Source: Chloroflexaceae bacterium (GTDB lineage Bacteria; Chloroflexota; Chloroflexia; Chloroflexales; Chloroflexaceae). Taken from it: a stretch of 64,000 bases of DNA. The stretch is from contig JANQID010000050.1 in the NCBI GenBank assembly GCA_028282325.1, positions 1,820 to 65,819 of the forward strand. Reading direction: 5' to 3'. The first letter of the stretch is position 1. Every line of letters begins with the position of its first letter. Made by a program: the position numbers and the translations under genes. A model generated the notes under the pieces. It was not told where the DNA came from. It did no database searches and saw nothing but the letters and a program-made list of their open reading frames with translations. Below are positions 36,401 to 44,557 of this stretch, piece after piece.

Positions 36401-36517
36401 GAGCCGTTGCCTGAGCCGTCGCCTGAGCCGTCGCCTGAGCCGTCGCCTGATGAATCGCCAGATGATCCGCCGCCGCAGTTTTCGCATGCACTCTACCTGC
36501 CGATGATGATACGCTGA
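33461..36517 (+). CDS. secreted FG-GAP/VCBS-repeat protein with two tandem LamG-like (concanavalin A-type) modules and a PEPS-repeat tail
   Basis: 1018 aa with a signal-like N-terminus. It has multiple xDFDxDGxxD and GDxxNDGxxD repeats. Two homologous modules of about 230 aa each have ..VNDxSxVGEPLxLxIxDxxAVSWxP.., ..EAWVxPAN..GPARIVT.. and RPWLGExY. Confidence 0.85.
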   Translation: MPGCIHSRTLVLFIVILIALVSSPLAMHEASASSLYAMPATATPASIGFLNAPITTSVGGQVRVVAAADFNADGRAEASVTTARGSNPARDERQYLYALSDGALVEQQQLLAGAEPEAAIAADFDRDGRTDVAVALTSANAIAVYTQTSSLPPLSNPVQLESPGAPNALAAGDFDGDLYDDLAVAAPLSDTIIIRRTSSAELLPEIQRLPFASDGYSDLVAGDLDNDGDDDIAALRVTASSIAPVVVFLQDSGAFPISYTLSPNIGGSLARSLAIGDVSNDGLNDLIVTAGGNSLDAILNVFLQRVTDPTTVPPRSSLDTSPVTYLASDLPSAVGIADINHDGRDDVVLLSDASSTLSVHLQNIGGALGSFIVTDVPYSDQFRPDALDIADLNGDGGLDVVLAAEPSDLAVLTNRRSAPVAQIVTPAYGAFVSRDLTVSGTVSSKASAVEVRVKGLTDWRSATLVGDAWQLDLSLPDVQRSWWIEARAIGSNGYVQAPLARHRVKPRDASCVRVSDGLQALYDFEERNGTIVNDVSGVGEPLNLIIGDESAVSWVPGGLYVNAPTMIASTDPAQKIIDAASETNEITIEAWVRPANTTQSGPARIVTMSEASHRLNFSMAQGSFGIGSSRYYSYGVRLNTSAMSHSDFRLLVSDYPVETQLAHVVYTRDAKGNVRIYVDGVEQASDIIAGDFSAWNDTFRLALANDVSVERPWLGEYYLVALYNRALTNSEVVQNFNAGTYGDCSDQFIADVQAEYIFNAGSGETVNDSSLVGEPLDLLIADLNAVSWTPRGLSVVTPTIIASTEPATKVNNAIRATKELALEAWVAPANVMQDGPARIVTISRNTARRNAMLGQGRWDDFPSSTYVVRLRATETSLNGTPSLITPEDTLTLDPTYVVYTRDASGEAILYVNGVEQSRMTVGGDLSNWDVSYRLGFANEFTLNRPWLGELYMAAISHHIISPEVIAERYAAGPPFIGSPPEPLPEPSPEPSPEPSPDESPDDPPPQFSHALYLPMMIR
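36398..36457 (+). repeat. 12-nt in-frame tandem repeat (CCTGAGCCGTCG) encoding PEPS x4-5
   Basis: Units at 36398, 36410, 36422 and 36434, plus a degenerate fifth. The protein reads PEPLPEPSPEPSPEPSPDESP. Confidence 0.85.
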
Positions 36518-36559
36518 CACAGCGGGTTGGGCAGCATCTCCCCGTGTCACGTTTGCAGC

Positions 36560-36599
36560 AAACGCCCCTGACGCTGATACATATAGCGCGGGGGCGTTT
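36560..36599. terminator. hairpin between convergent genes (AAACGCCCC ... GGGGCGTTT)
   Basis: A 9-bp perfect stem (36560-36568 with 36591-36599), with inner pairing ACGCT/AGCG. It lies between the stops at 36517 (+) and 36633 (-). Confidence 0.45.
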
Positions 36600-36632
36600 C
36601 GGCGTCTGCGGACAGCGTGATGTCAGATGCCA

Positions 36633-37193
36633 TCAGCGTCTTCGTCCTCGTAGCCCGATCGCTCGGAGCTGGCGTCTGCTGAAAGTTGATACGTGGTCGG
36701 TGGCCGTGTGAATGAGATCGCTCAACACAATGCCGATGGCGATCAATCCAGCTTCGCGAGGATGGTTGATGATGAGGCCCAACACCCACTCGTTGAGTGT
36801 GCGTATGGCCGGCCATGACGGTGTTGCGCCGAACCAAGTTGCCAGGAGCATCGCGGTGATGAGCATAAGGCAAACGATCAGGTAGAGATAAGCGATGCGC
36901 AACAGCCCGGAGATGCCGGAGTGTGAGAATATGCGGTGGCGATGGGGAACAGCCCACATATACGGTCGCCAGATCCAGAAGAGCGGCCCCCAACGATTGT
37001 CGATGGCGCTGTCAATATCAAGATCAGGGCTGAGCCAGAATGAGCCGATCAAGTGAGCGCCGATCAACAGTCCGGCTCCAGCGGCAGCCTCGATTGGCGT
37101 GTCGCCGCGCACTGCCAGTGCCATATAGCTTATGGGCGCAATAACAACGCTGCTGGCGAGCGCAATTGCGTCGTGCGTTTTTGCTCCGGGCAT
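36633..37193 (-). CDS. DUF2227-like polytopic membrane / metal-binding protein
   Basis: The ORF track gives 36633-37655, but the first 154 aa are S/A/R-rich and overlap the divergent gene. The in-frame ATG 37193 follows AAGGAG and gives MPGAKTHD..., 186 aa with about 5 hydrophobic helices and the motif HRHRIFSHS. Confidence 0.7.
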   Translation of the reverse strand: MPGAKTHDAIALASSVVIAPISYMALAVRGDTPIEAAAGAGLLIGAHLIGSFWLSPDLDIDSAIDNRWGPLFWIWRPYMWAVPHRHRIFSHSGISGLLRIAYLYLIVCLMLITAMLLATWFGATPSWPAIRTLNEWVLGLIINHPREAGLIAIGIVLSDLIHTATDHVSTFSRRQLRAIGLRGRRR

Positions 37194-37311
37194 ATAGCTC
37201 CTTATAGTTGCGAGTCTGTTAGCAGAATAGCTCATGTGTGCAATTTTGACAAGCTGTCGCAGAGAGAAGGCAGTCCACTCCTTTCTGTAAGGCTTGCGCG
37301 AAGGTGCTATA

Positions 37312-38784
37312 ATGAGCGCATTACCTGTCGCGATAAATAATGCGTGTATACGTTTCCTCTTGCCTGATTTCGATGGGCCTATGGATGTGCAGACGACACC
37401 GCCGGAAGAACTGTTGACCCAGGCCGAAGGTTTGCGCCTGGCGTTTCTGCGCGAACGCTTCAAGGTTGATGAACTTGCCGAAACGCTGGTTGCGCTGGCC
37501 AATACGCGCGGCGGGGCGGTGATAATTGGCGTGAGCGGCAAGGTACGACCGCGTCCTGAGGGCCTAAATGATATTGATGCCACCCGTGAAGCGGTACTGC
37601 AGGCTGCACTGGCATGTTCTCCGCCGCTGGTGCTTCCGTTGCCCCAGGCGGTCAATTTCGGTGAGGTGACCTTGTTGCTGGTTATGGTTCCGCCGGGCTT
37701 GCCCCATGTCTACAGTCTGCGGGGCGCCTATTTCCAGCGCGAAGGTCCGACCAATCAGCCGTTGACGCTCGATGCGCTCCGTCGCCTCTTGCGTGATCGC
37801 GATGATGCGAGTTGGGATCGCCTCGCGCCGGATGACGCAACGCTCGCCGATCTGGATATGAGCAAAATCCAGGTGTATGTTGAGCGGGTTGGCCTTGCGG
37901 CAGAGAACGATCCACATAGATTGCTCTATCAACGCGGCTGCCTGGCGCGCGGCGCCGACGGCGGTTATCGCCCGACGCATGCTGGCTTGCTACTGTTCGG
38001 TCGTGATGATGATCTGGAGCGGCGTTTCCCGCAAGCTGAGATTGTTCTGGTTCATTATCAAGGGATTGAGCGCGCCGATGAGTTTGAACGCGAAGATATT
38101 CGCGCGCCGCTGGTCGAGGCCGCCCGCCGCGCCGAACGCTGGCTGAACGAGCATATGCGCAAAGGCAGCCGGATGGTTGGCCTTGAGCGCCAGGATTGGA
38201 CGCAGTTTCCGCTTGCCGCGGTGCGCGAGACGTTGATCAACGCTCTTGCCCATCGGGATTACGCCATTCGAGGCGAGGGCATTCGGGTGGCGCTCTTTGC
38301 CGATCGCCTGGAGTGCTATTCGCCCGGGCGCCTCCCCGGTCATGTAACGCTGGAAAATCTTATCGAAGAGCGCTTCAGTCGCAATGAGGCTATCGTCCAG
38401 ACGCTCGCCGACTGGGGGTTGATCGAACGCCTGGGATATGGCATTGACCGGATGGTGCATCAGATGGACATCGCCGGTCTTCCGCCGCCGGTCTTCCGTG
38501 AGACTGCCGCCGGTTTTCTGGTGACCTTGTATGGCCAGTCGTTTCCTACCGGCGATGCTGTGAGCCTGGATACCAGCGAGTGGTTGCGCCAGGGATTAAA
38601 CGAGCGCCAGATTGCTGCCCTGCTGCGCTTAACCGAGCACCAGCGGATCACCAATCGGGATCTGCAAGAACTGGCCCCCGACGTGAGTGCTGAAACCATT
38701 CGGCGCGATCTTGCGGATCTGGTCGAGCGCGGATTGTTGCTCAAAGTCGGCGAAAAGCGTGCGACGTACTATATTCTTAAGTAG
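37312..38784 (+). CDS. AlbA_2 (Schlafen-type DNA-binding) + HATPase_c_4-like + C-terminal wHTH protein (COG2865-type putative regulator)
   Basis: Contains ALANTRGGAVIIGV (AlbA_2), VRETLINALAHRDY...DRLECYSPGRLP and the C-terminal wHTH ITNRDLQELAPDVSAETIRRDLADLVERGLL. Start options are TTG 37294, ATG 37312 (GAAGGTG upstream) and ATG 37381. Confidence 0.8.
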   Translation: MSALPVAINNACIRFLLPDFDGPMDVQTTPPEELLTQAEGLRLAFLRERFKVDELAETLVALANTRGGAVIIGVSGKVRPRPEGLNDIDATREAVLQAALACSPPLVLPLPQAVNFGEVTLLLVMVPPGLPHVYSLRGAYFQREGPTNQPLTLDALRRLLRDRDDASWDRLAPDDATLADLDMSKIQVYVERVGLAAENDPHRLLYQRGCLARGADGGYRPTHAGLLLFGRDDDLERRFPQAEIVLVHYQGIERADEFEREDIRAPLVEAARRAERWLNEHMRKGSRMVGLERQDWTQFPLAAVRETLINALAHRDYAIRGEGIRVALFADRLECYSPGRLPGHVTLENLIEERFSRNEAIVQTLADWGLIERLGYGIDRMVHQMDIAGLPPPVFRETAAGFLVTLYGQSFPTGDAVSLDTSEWLRQGLNERQIAALLRLTEHQRITNRDLQELAPDVSAETIRRDLADLVERGLLLKVGEKRATYYILK

Positions 38785-38833
38785 CATTTGCTCGCTGTTT
38801 CACCGGCGATTCGTCGTTCCCTGAATATGTCGC

Positions 38834-39586
38834 ATGAACGCTTCGTTCGATAATGTTGTCGTCGTTCTGTATCAACCGCGCGGTGTGGCGAATATCGGCG
38901 GGGTTGTGCGGGCGATGAAAAATATGGGTGCACGCTATCTGCGGTTGGTGGCGCCCGCTGCGTTCGACCCCGCCGATGTCACCGGTATCGCTCATCGCAG
39001 CGAGGATATTCTGGCGTCGATGCAGATTTATGCTGCGCTTGACGCTGCGCTGGCCGATGCAAGCTATGTTGTCGGAACCACTGCTCGTCATCGAGGCGAC
39101 CGCCCGGTTCGCGACGATGTGCGTGCCCTGGCTGCGGATCTGGTTCGCCGTGCGGCGGTCGGGCGGGTTGCGTTGCTGTTTGGGCCGGAAGACAACGGCC
39201 TGGACAATCCGGCGCTTGATCGCTGCCACATTGTCGTCAGGTTGCCCGTTGATCCGGCGTATCCATCGCTCAACCTGGCGCAGGCCGCGCTGCTGTTGAT
39301 GTATGAATTGCGGATGGCGACGATGCATACTGCCGCTGCCGCAATGTCGGTGTCAGCACCCGCAGATTCTCAGACGCTGGAGACGTTGTTTGCCGCGACA
39401 GAACAGGCGCTTCGCAGTGTCGAGTTTTTTAAATCCGCCAACGAGGAAGTGATTATGCGGCGGCTGCGCACGCTGGTTTATCGCGTCGAGCCGGATCGGC
39501 GCGAAGCGGCTTTGCTAACGGCGATAGCGCGCGAAGTGGAAGCCTTTGCCAGGCGCATTGGCGCATTCCGGCGCGAGGTCCCATAG
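38834..39586 (+). CDS. SpoU/TrmH-class RNA 2'-O-methyltransferase (TrmJ-like)
   Basis: 250 aa with VVVLYQPRGVANIGGVVRAMKNMG, ALLFGPEDNGL and PSLNLAQAALLLMYEL. Confidence 0.85.
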   Translation: MNASFDNVVVVLYQPRGVANIGGVVRAMKNMGARYLRLVAPAAFDPADVTGIAHRSEDILASMQIYAALDAALADASYVVGTTARHRGDRPVRDDVRALAADLVRRAAVGRVALLFGPEDNGLDNPALDRCHIVVRLPVDPAYPSLNLAQAALLLMYELRMATMHTAAAAMSVSAPADSQTLETLFAATEQALRSVEFFKSANEEVIMRRLRTLVYRVEPDRREAALLTAIAREVEAFARRIGAFRREVP

Positions 39587-39616
39587 GTTTCGTCTAGAGC
39601 AACGAGAGATAACTGT

Positions 39617-39997
39617 ATGCCGCCATCGAAGATTCTGATCGTCGAAGATGAGTCTGATGTCCTGTCTATTATGCGCGGGCTGATCCGTGAGTTGATCGAT
39701 GGGTATGACATTATCACCGTCGGCAGCGGCGCGGAAGCATTGGCGTGCGTTGAGAACGAATCGGTGGCATTGGTGCTGACCGATTATCATATGCCGGGCG
39801 TCAATGGTCTGGATCTCGCCAGAGGCATCAAAGTGCGCCGACCCGATGTCAAGGTTATGATGATCACCGCCTACCCTTCCGCCGACCTCGAACAACGAGC
39901 GCGCGCCGTCGGTGTTGATGAGTTTCTCTCGAAGCCGTTTGCTTTAGAGCGTCTGACCTCTCTGCTATGGCGTCTGTTGAACATCGGCGGGCAATAA
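39617..39997 (+). CDS. single-domain response regulator (CheY-like receiver)
   Basis: 126 aa with ILIVEDE, LVLTDYHMPGVNG and MMITAY..., with no output domain. Confidence 0.9.
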   Translation: MPPSKILIVEDESDVLSIMRGLIRELIDGYDIITVGSGAEALACVENESVALVLTDYHMPGVNGLDLARGIKVRRPDVKVMMITAYPSADLEQRARAVGVDEFLSKPFALERLTSLLWRLLNIGGQ

Positions 39998-40087
39998 ATT
40001 CATATACCCTGGCGTGGTATGCAATAATCTGCAATCCAGAAACTGCAATCTCGGATGGTATGAGATACGGAGCAAGGAGGCGCGTAT

Positions 40088-40846
40088 ATGAGCGGACGTG
40101 TAGCAATTGTCACGGGAGCGGGAAGCGGAATTGGCCAGGCCGTCGCCGAGGATCTAGCGAGACAGGGCGATCACGTCGTTGTGGCCGACGTGAAGGAAGC
40201 CGATGGACAATCGGTAGCTGAAGCTATCGGCGGTATGTTTGTGATGACGGATTTGTCACAACGATCCGCTTGCCGCCACCTGGTTGATGCGACGCTGGAG
40301 CGCTATGGCCGGGTGGACATCCTGGTCAACAACGCAGGGTTTCAGCATATCGCCCCGATCGATGAGTTCTCGGAAGATGTCTGGGACAAACTGATCGCGG
40401 TGATGCTGACGGCGCCGTTTCTGTTGATCAAATACGCCTGGCCGTCGATGAAGGCGAACGGCTGGGGTCGCGTGATCAATATCGGCTCGGTGCATAGCCT
40501 GCGTGCTTCGCCCTTCAAGGTCGGCTATATCTCGGCCAAGCACGGTCTGATGGGGCTGACCCGCACCACCGCGCTAGAGGGCGGCCCTCTCGGCATTACG
40601 GTGAATACGCTCTGCCCGGCGTATGTGCGCACGCCGCTGGTGGAAAATCAAATCGAGGCGCAGGCTCAATCGCGCGGCATCGCGCCGGATGACGTGGTCG
40701 AGCAGGTGATGCTGGCGCCGGCGGCCATCAAACGCCTGATCGAGCCGTCGGAGGTCGCCGCGCTGGTGAGTTTTCTCTGCTCTGACAACGGCGCGTCGGT
40801 GACAGGCGTGGCCTGGGAGATTGATCTGGGCTGGACGGCGCATTAG
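40088..40846 (+). CDS. short-chain dehydrogenase, 3-hydroxybutyrate dehydrogenase-like
   Basis: 252 aa with AIVTGAGSGIGQA, NNAG and YISAKHG (YxxxK), ending in DLGWTAH as BdhA-type enzymes do. Confidence 0.8.
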   Translation: MSGRVAIVTGAGSGIGQAVAEDLARQGDHVVVADVKEADGQSVAEAIGGMFVMTDLSQRSACRHLVDATLERYGRVDILVNNAGFQHIAPIDEFSEDVWDKLIAVMLTAPFLLIKYAWPSMKANGWGRVINIGSVHSLRASPFKVGYISAKHGLMGLTRTTALEGGPLGITVNTLCPAYVRTPLVENQIEAQAQSRGIAPDDVVEQVMLAPAAIKRLIEPSEVAALVSFLCSDNGASVTGVAWEIDLGWTAH

Positions 40847-40848
40847 TT

Positions 40849-40876
40849 GTAGGGGCGAAACAGCTTTCGCCCCTAC
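40849..40876. terminator. perfect 12-bp palindromic hairpin GTAGGGGCGAAA-CAGC-TTTCGCCCCTAC between convergent genes
   Basis: It starts 3 nt after the stop of the + gene (40846). Its 3' arm contains the stop codon (40873-40875) of the - gene. It belongs to the same motif family as 12300-12319 and 46494-46521. Confidence 0.55.
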
Positions 40877-41925
40877 GCAATCGCCGCCTGAACGACGGCG
40901 GCGGTAACGGCGTGGTGGCGATAGGGCGGCGGCGTGCGGCGCGGGTAGGTGCGGTTGTTCAGCAGAATGATCGCGATTTGGGCGTGCGGCGCGATCACCA
41001 GCGCCGGGCCGGTAAAGCCGGTGTGACCGTAGGTTCCGGCGGGCGCCGGGCCCATAAAGTTAAGCCGGTCGATCATCCATCCCAGACCGCTCGGCAACGG
41101 ATGCCCCGGTTCCGCTTCCAGATGTGCGGTGTAGTCGCGGGTCGCCCGCGCTACGGTTTCTTCGCGCAAGAGCTGTTGCCCTGCGTATGCGCCGCCGTTT
41201 AACCAGAGTTGCGTGAAGCACTCCAGATCGGCGGCAGTGCTGAACATCCCGGCGTGACCGGCCACGCCGCCCAGCGTATGCGCACTCTCGTCGTGGACGC
41301 TGCCGTGAACCAGCCCGCCGCGCCATTCGGCATCCCACTCGGTTGGCGCGATCCGCGACTTCATGTCGGCGGAAGGACGGAATCCGGTCTCATGTATCTC
41401 CAACGGTGCGAGGATCATCTCGTGGATTGCACTGTCGAGCGGTTTTCCGTACACACGCGCGACGACCTCGCCCAGCAGCAGGCTATTAATGTTGGTATAG
41501 GCGGTGAATGTTCCCGGCGGTCGGGTTGGCGTGGCTGCGTAGACTGTAGCGCGCAGCCCTGCCGCACCACGGTCGCGCAGCGCCGAGAGGCGCAAGTTTA
41601 GCCCGGACGTGTGGGTGAACAGTTGTCGCAGCGTCACATCACGGGTTTGCAGATCAGGGAGGTAGCTCATGACGGCGGCGTCAAGCTTCAACTCCCCGGC
41701 GTCGAGTAAGCGCAGGGCTGCGGTCGCCGTGAAAACTTTGGTGAGTGAGGCAATATCGTAGATCGTATCGAGCGTCACCGGTTGATCACCGGGATCGGTG
41801 TACATCGTGCTGCCGTAAGCATTCGCGTAGCGGGTGCGGCCGGACTGAACGATGCGCACGACGGCGCCGGGAAAGATGCGTTGCTCGATGGCATTTACGA
41901 TTATCTGATCAATTGCCGCGTTCAT
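40873..41925 (-). CDS. serine hydrolase, beta-lactamase/PBP4*-like (class C fold)
   Basis: The in-frame ATG 41925 (MNAAIDQ...) is preferred over the ORF-track start 42069, which lies inside the upstream gene. Motifs are SLTKVFTA (SxxK) and HTGFTG. It overlaps the upstream VWA gene by 17 nt. Confidence 0.8.
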   Translation of the reverse strand: MNAAIDQIIVNAIEQRIFPGAVVRIVQSGRTRYANAYGSTMYTDPGDQPVTLDTIYDIASLTKVFTATAALRLLDAGELKLDAAVMSYLPDLQTRDVTLRQLFTHTSGLNLRLSALRDRGAAGLRATVYAATPTRPPGTFTAYTNINSLLLGEVVARVYGKPLDSAIHEMILAPLEIHETGFRPSADMKSRIAPTEWDAEWRGGLVHGSVHDESAHTLGGVAGHAGMFSTAADLECFTQLWLNGGAYAGQQLLREETVARATRDYTAHLEAEPGHPLPSGLGWMIDRLNFMGPAPAGTYGHTGFTGPALVIAPHAQIAIILLNNRTYPRRTPPPYRHHAVTAAVVQAAIA

Positions 41926-44557
41926 ACGCCGTCCATTTCTGCCGGCGCACAAAAACGCCGCGCCGTGTAGCGATCTCCAGCACCCAGGCGACCAAAGCCG
42001 TTCCCAGCAGCCACGGCCACAGTGCGAACGGTTCGTCGTGTACGGTTGACGCAAGCCCCACCGCATCATTTGTCAGATTTATCTCATCGGTCAGCACTTG
42101 CCCGCCGGTTGCTGCGGCGATCTGTTCTAGCAACGCACGCCCCTGTTCCGAGACATTGTTTGTCAGCGCCAGGCGATATTCCGCCGGAACCGGCTGCGTA
42201 TAGCCGGTGTCGGCTTGCTGACGTTCTCCGTCGCGCATCAGCACAACCGAAACGGCATAGGGGCCGGCGGCGGGCAACCGCAGATCCTGCGTATAACGCC
42301 CCGGAGCGGTCTGGCTGATGTTGAAGTCGCGGATGGTCCCATCGGGCAGGGTGATGCGGGCGTTTACCAGGGCGAGGTCGAGCGGTTCGCCACCCGGCTG
42401 GATGGCATCCACGATCAGGCGTGCGCCGTCAGCCTGCGGAGCCATACGCACCTGCAACGGGCCGCTTTCCGGGTCGGGCAGCGTATAGCGCACCACCTGC
42501 GCCCAGAAACGATCATAGTCGAGCCAGAACGCCCAGGTGTCTGCCCAGGGCTCGCCGACCGACGGCGTCCAGGCGACAGCTCGACCCAGGCCGTATTGCC
42601 ACACTGCCAGCACCGGGTCATCGGCGGGCGAACGAAGCACCGTCTCGGCGCCGTCTTTGGGTGTTGTCGCGACGTAGCCTTCGAGTTGGGGCAAATCGGC
42701 AGGCGCAAAATTACGCAGTAGAGGGTGGGCTTCGGCCAGCAGCGCGCGAAAGTCTTCCTCAACGATCGGGTCGGCGCGCGCGATCTCGCTTTCCAGCAGC
42801 GTGAGCCGGGGCAGGTCTTCGGGCGATCCTGCGAAATAGTACCTCCCGCCGCCCCATTGAGCCAGCGCGTCGAGCAATTGCATATCGGCGTCTTGCCCGA
42901 TTGCAATGGTCGAGAGTGTTATGTTTTGCGCGCGGGCGTCTTCAACCAGGCGTTGATAGGCGCTGCGGTTGTTGGTGAAGGAGCGACCGTCGGTGAGCAG
43001 AACGGCGTGGCGTACGCTGGACGGTTGTATAGCCAGTTCGGCGAGACCAAGATCGAGCGCTGCGAAAATGTCGGTGCCGCCGCCGCTCGGTAGGCGGGCG
43101 ACCGAGTCCTGGATTTGCTCCAGGCCCAGTCCGTCGCCGATGTTCTGAAACGGCACGACCCACAACTGGCCGGTGTCGAAGGCCAGGATGCCGATGCGGT
43201 CTTCGCTCTGCAGCGACTCGGTGGCGAGAATGGCGGCTTCTTTGGCCATATCGAATTTGGAAACGTCGATCGCGGCGGTCATGCTGGCCGAACGGTCGAT
43301 GATCAGCAGCAATGCGACATCCGAGCGTTGCGGGCGCGGCGGCGGATCCATCGAGACGGGCAAAACTTCTTCCAACGGCGAGTCTTTGTAAGCGCCCAGC
43401 CCGAACGAGTTGCGCCCGCCGATCACGACCAGCCCGCGCCCCTCGCCCCGCACGAATTCCCGGACGCTGGCCAGTTGATCGAGTGAGAGGGAACTGGCGG
43501 GCACGTCGACCAACACCATGCCGTCGAAGGCATCGAGCGCGGTGAGGCGCACCGGCAATTGGCTGGCGAAGATCGTCTGCGTTTCTATCCCTGATCGGCG
43601 CAGCGCCAGATCAAGTTCGATCGCGCCGTTCCCGCGGCCCTCGACCAGCAGTATGCGCGGCGGCGGTGTAACCGTCGCCGTAGCGGCGGCGCGATTGTTC
43701 TGTGCGAATGTGTCGGCGGCGGCTTCGATGTCGGCGCTCAGTTGCACGACGCCGGCCAGCGTCGCGCGGTGATCAAACGTGAAATGGTTAACGCCTGGAT
43801 CGAGGATAACGTCCTGTTCAGCGAGCAGGTGTTCGCCTTCGCGCAGGCGCAATATGGCATTGACGGGGTCGTCGCCCGGTCTGGCTTGATAATGCACCGC
43901 GATCCGCACCGTGTATTCCTGGTTGAGCCACAAGGTGCGCGGCGTCTCTACTGCAACGATCCCGACCTCCGCGCCGGTTGCTGGCGCAATCGGCCAGACG
44001 TCGATTCGCCCATATTCGGCAATGCGACGCGCTTCGAGCAGGGCGTCGTCGGTGGTGGCCAGCCCGTCGGAGAGCACGATGATCTGACCGTCGGAGGCAG
44101 GCAGCAACTCGCGGGCGGTGCGCAATGCTCGCGCCAGGTCGCTCCCTGCCGGGTCCAGCGCCTCCCCGTCGGTGTTTTCGGCGATGACATTCGCGCCAAA
44201 CCAGAGCGTTGCCACGGCCCCAACGCCGCTTTCACGGGCCGTCTCCGCCAGTTGTTCGGCCACTGTTCGCAGCGTTGCCTGACCCTCCGCCGTCAGGCTG
44301 TCGGATTGATCGACCAGTATCACCAGTGCGCCGGGCGGCGGTGTCTGGCTGCCGAGCGCGGGATCGGCCAGGGCCAGCGCCACCAGACCGACGGTGAGCA
44401 GGCGTAGCAGCAGGGCCGCGAACGAGACGCGCATACCGCGCCAGCGCCAGATCAGAATGATGGCGGGCAAGAGCAGCAAGAGCGCCAGCAGTTGAGGATT
44501 GCGAAAAATCACCCGTTGGCTCCAATCGGTCGTCGCCGGGTGTGGAGATGCCACCAT
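41909..44557 (-). CDS. large membrane protein with two VWA domains (BatB-like)
   Basis: 882 aa with N-terminal TM helices, VWA regions at ILVDQSDSL and LLIIDRSASM, and the C-terminal TM WPWLLGTALVAWVL. An alternative GTG start at 44512 would form a GTGA overlap with the upstream stop. Confidence 0.8.
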   Translation of the reverse strand: MVASPHPATTDWSQRVIFRNPQLLALLLLLPAIILIWRWRGMRVSFAALLLRLLTVGLVALALADPALGSQTPPPGALVILVDQSDSLTAEGQATLRTVAEQLAETARESGVGAVATLWFGANVIAENTDGEALDPAGSDLARALRTARELLPASDGQIIVLSDGLATTDDALLEARRIAEYGRIDVWPIAPATGAEVGIVAVETPRTLWLNQEYTVRIAVHYQARPGDDPVNAILRLREGEHLLAEQDVILDPGVNHFTFDHRATLAGVVQLSADIEAAADTFAQNNRAAATATVTPPPRILLVEGRGNGAIELDLALRRSGIETQTIFASQLPVRLTALDAFDGMVLVDVPASSLSLDQLASVREFVRGEGRGLVVIGGRNSFGLGAYKDSPLEEVLPVSMDPPPRPQRSDVALLLIIDRSASMTAAIDVSKFDMAKEAAILATESLQSEDRIGILAFDTGQLWVVPFQNIGDGLGLEQIQDSVARLPSGGGTDIFAALDLGLAELAIQPSSVRHAVLLTDGRSFTNNRSAYQRLVEDARAQNITLSTIAIGQDADMQLLDALAQWGGGRYYFAGSPEDLPRLTLLESEIARADPIVEEDFRALLAEAHPLLRNFAPADLPQLEGYVATTPKDGAETVLRSPADDPVLAVWQYGLGRAVAWTPSVGEPWADTWAFWLDYDRFWAQVVRYTLPDPESGPLQVRMAPQADGARLIVDAIQPGGEPLDLALVNARITLPDGTIRDFNISQTAPGRYTQDLRLPAAGPYAVSVVLMRDGERQQADTGYTQPVPAEYRLALTNNVSEQGRALLEQIAAATGGQVLTDEINLTNDAVGLASTVHDEPFALWPWLLGTALVAWVLEIATRRGVFVRRQKWTAYERGN

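Noticed and set aside
37194-37655. N-terminal extension of ORF 36633-37655
   Set aside because: The extension is S/A/R/G-rich and overlaps the divergent AlbA_2 gene. A strong AAGGAG + ATG at 37193 begins the hydrophobic, conserved-looking protein.
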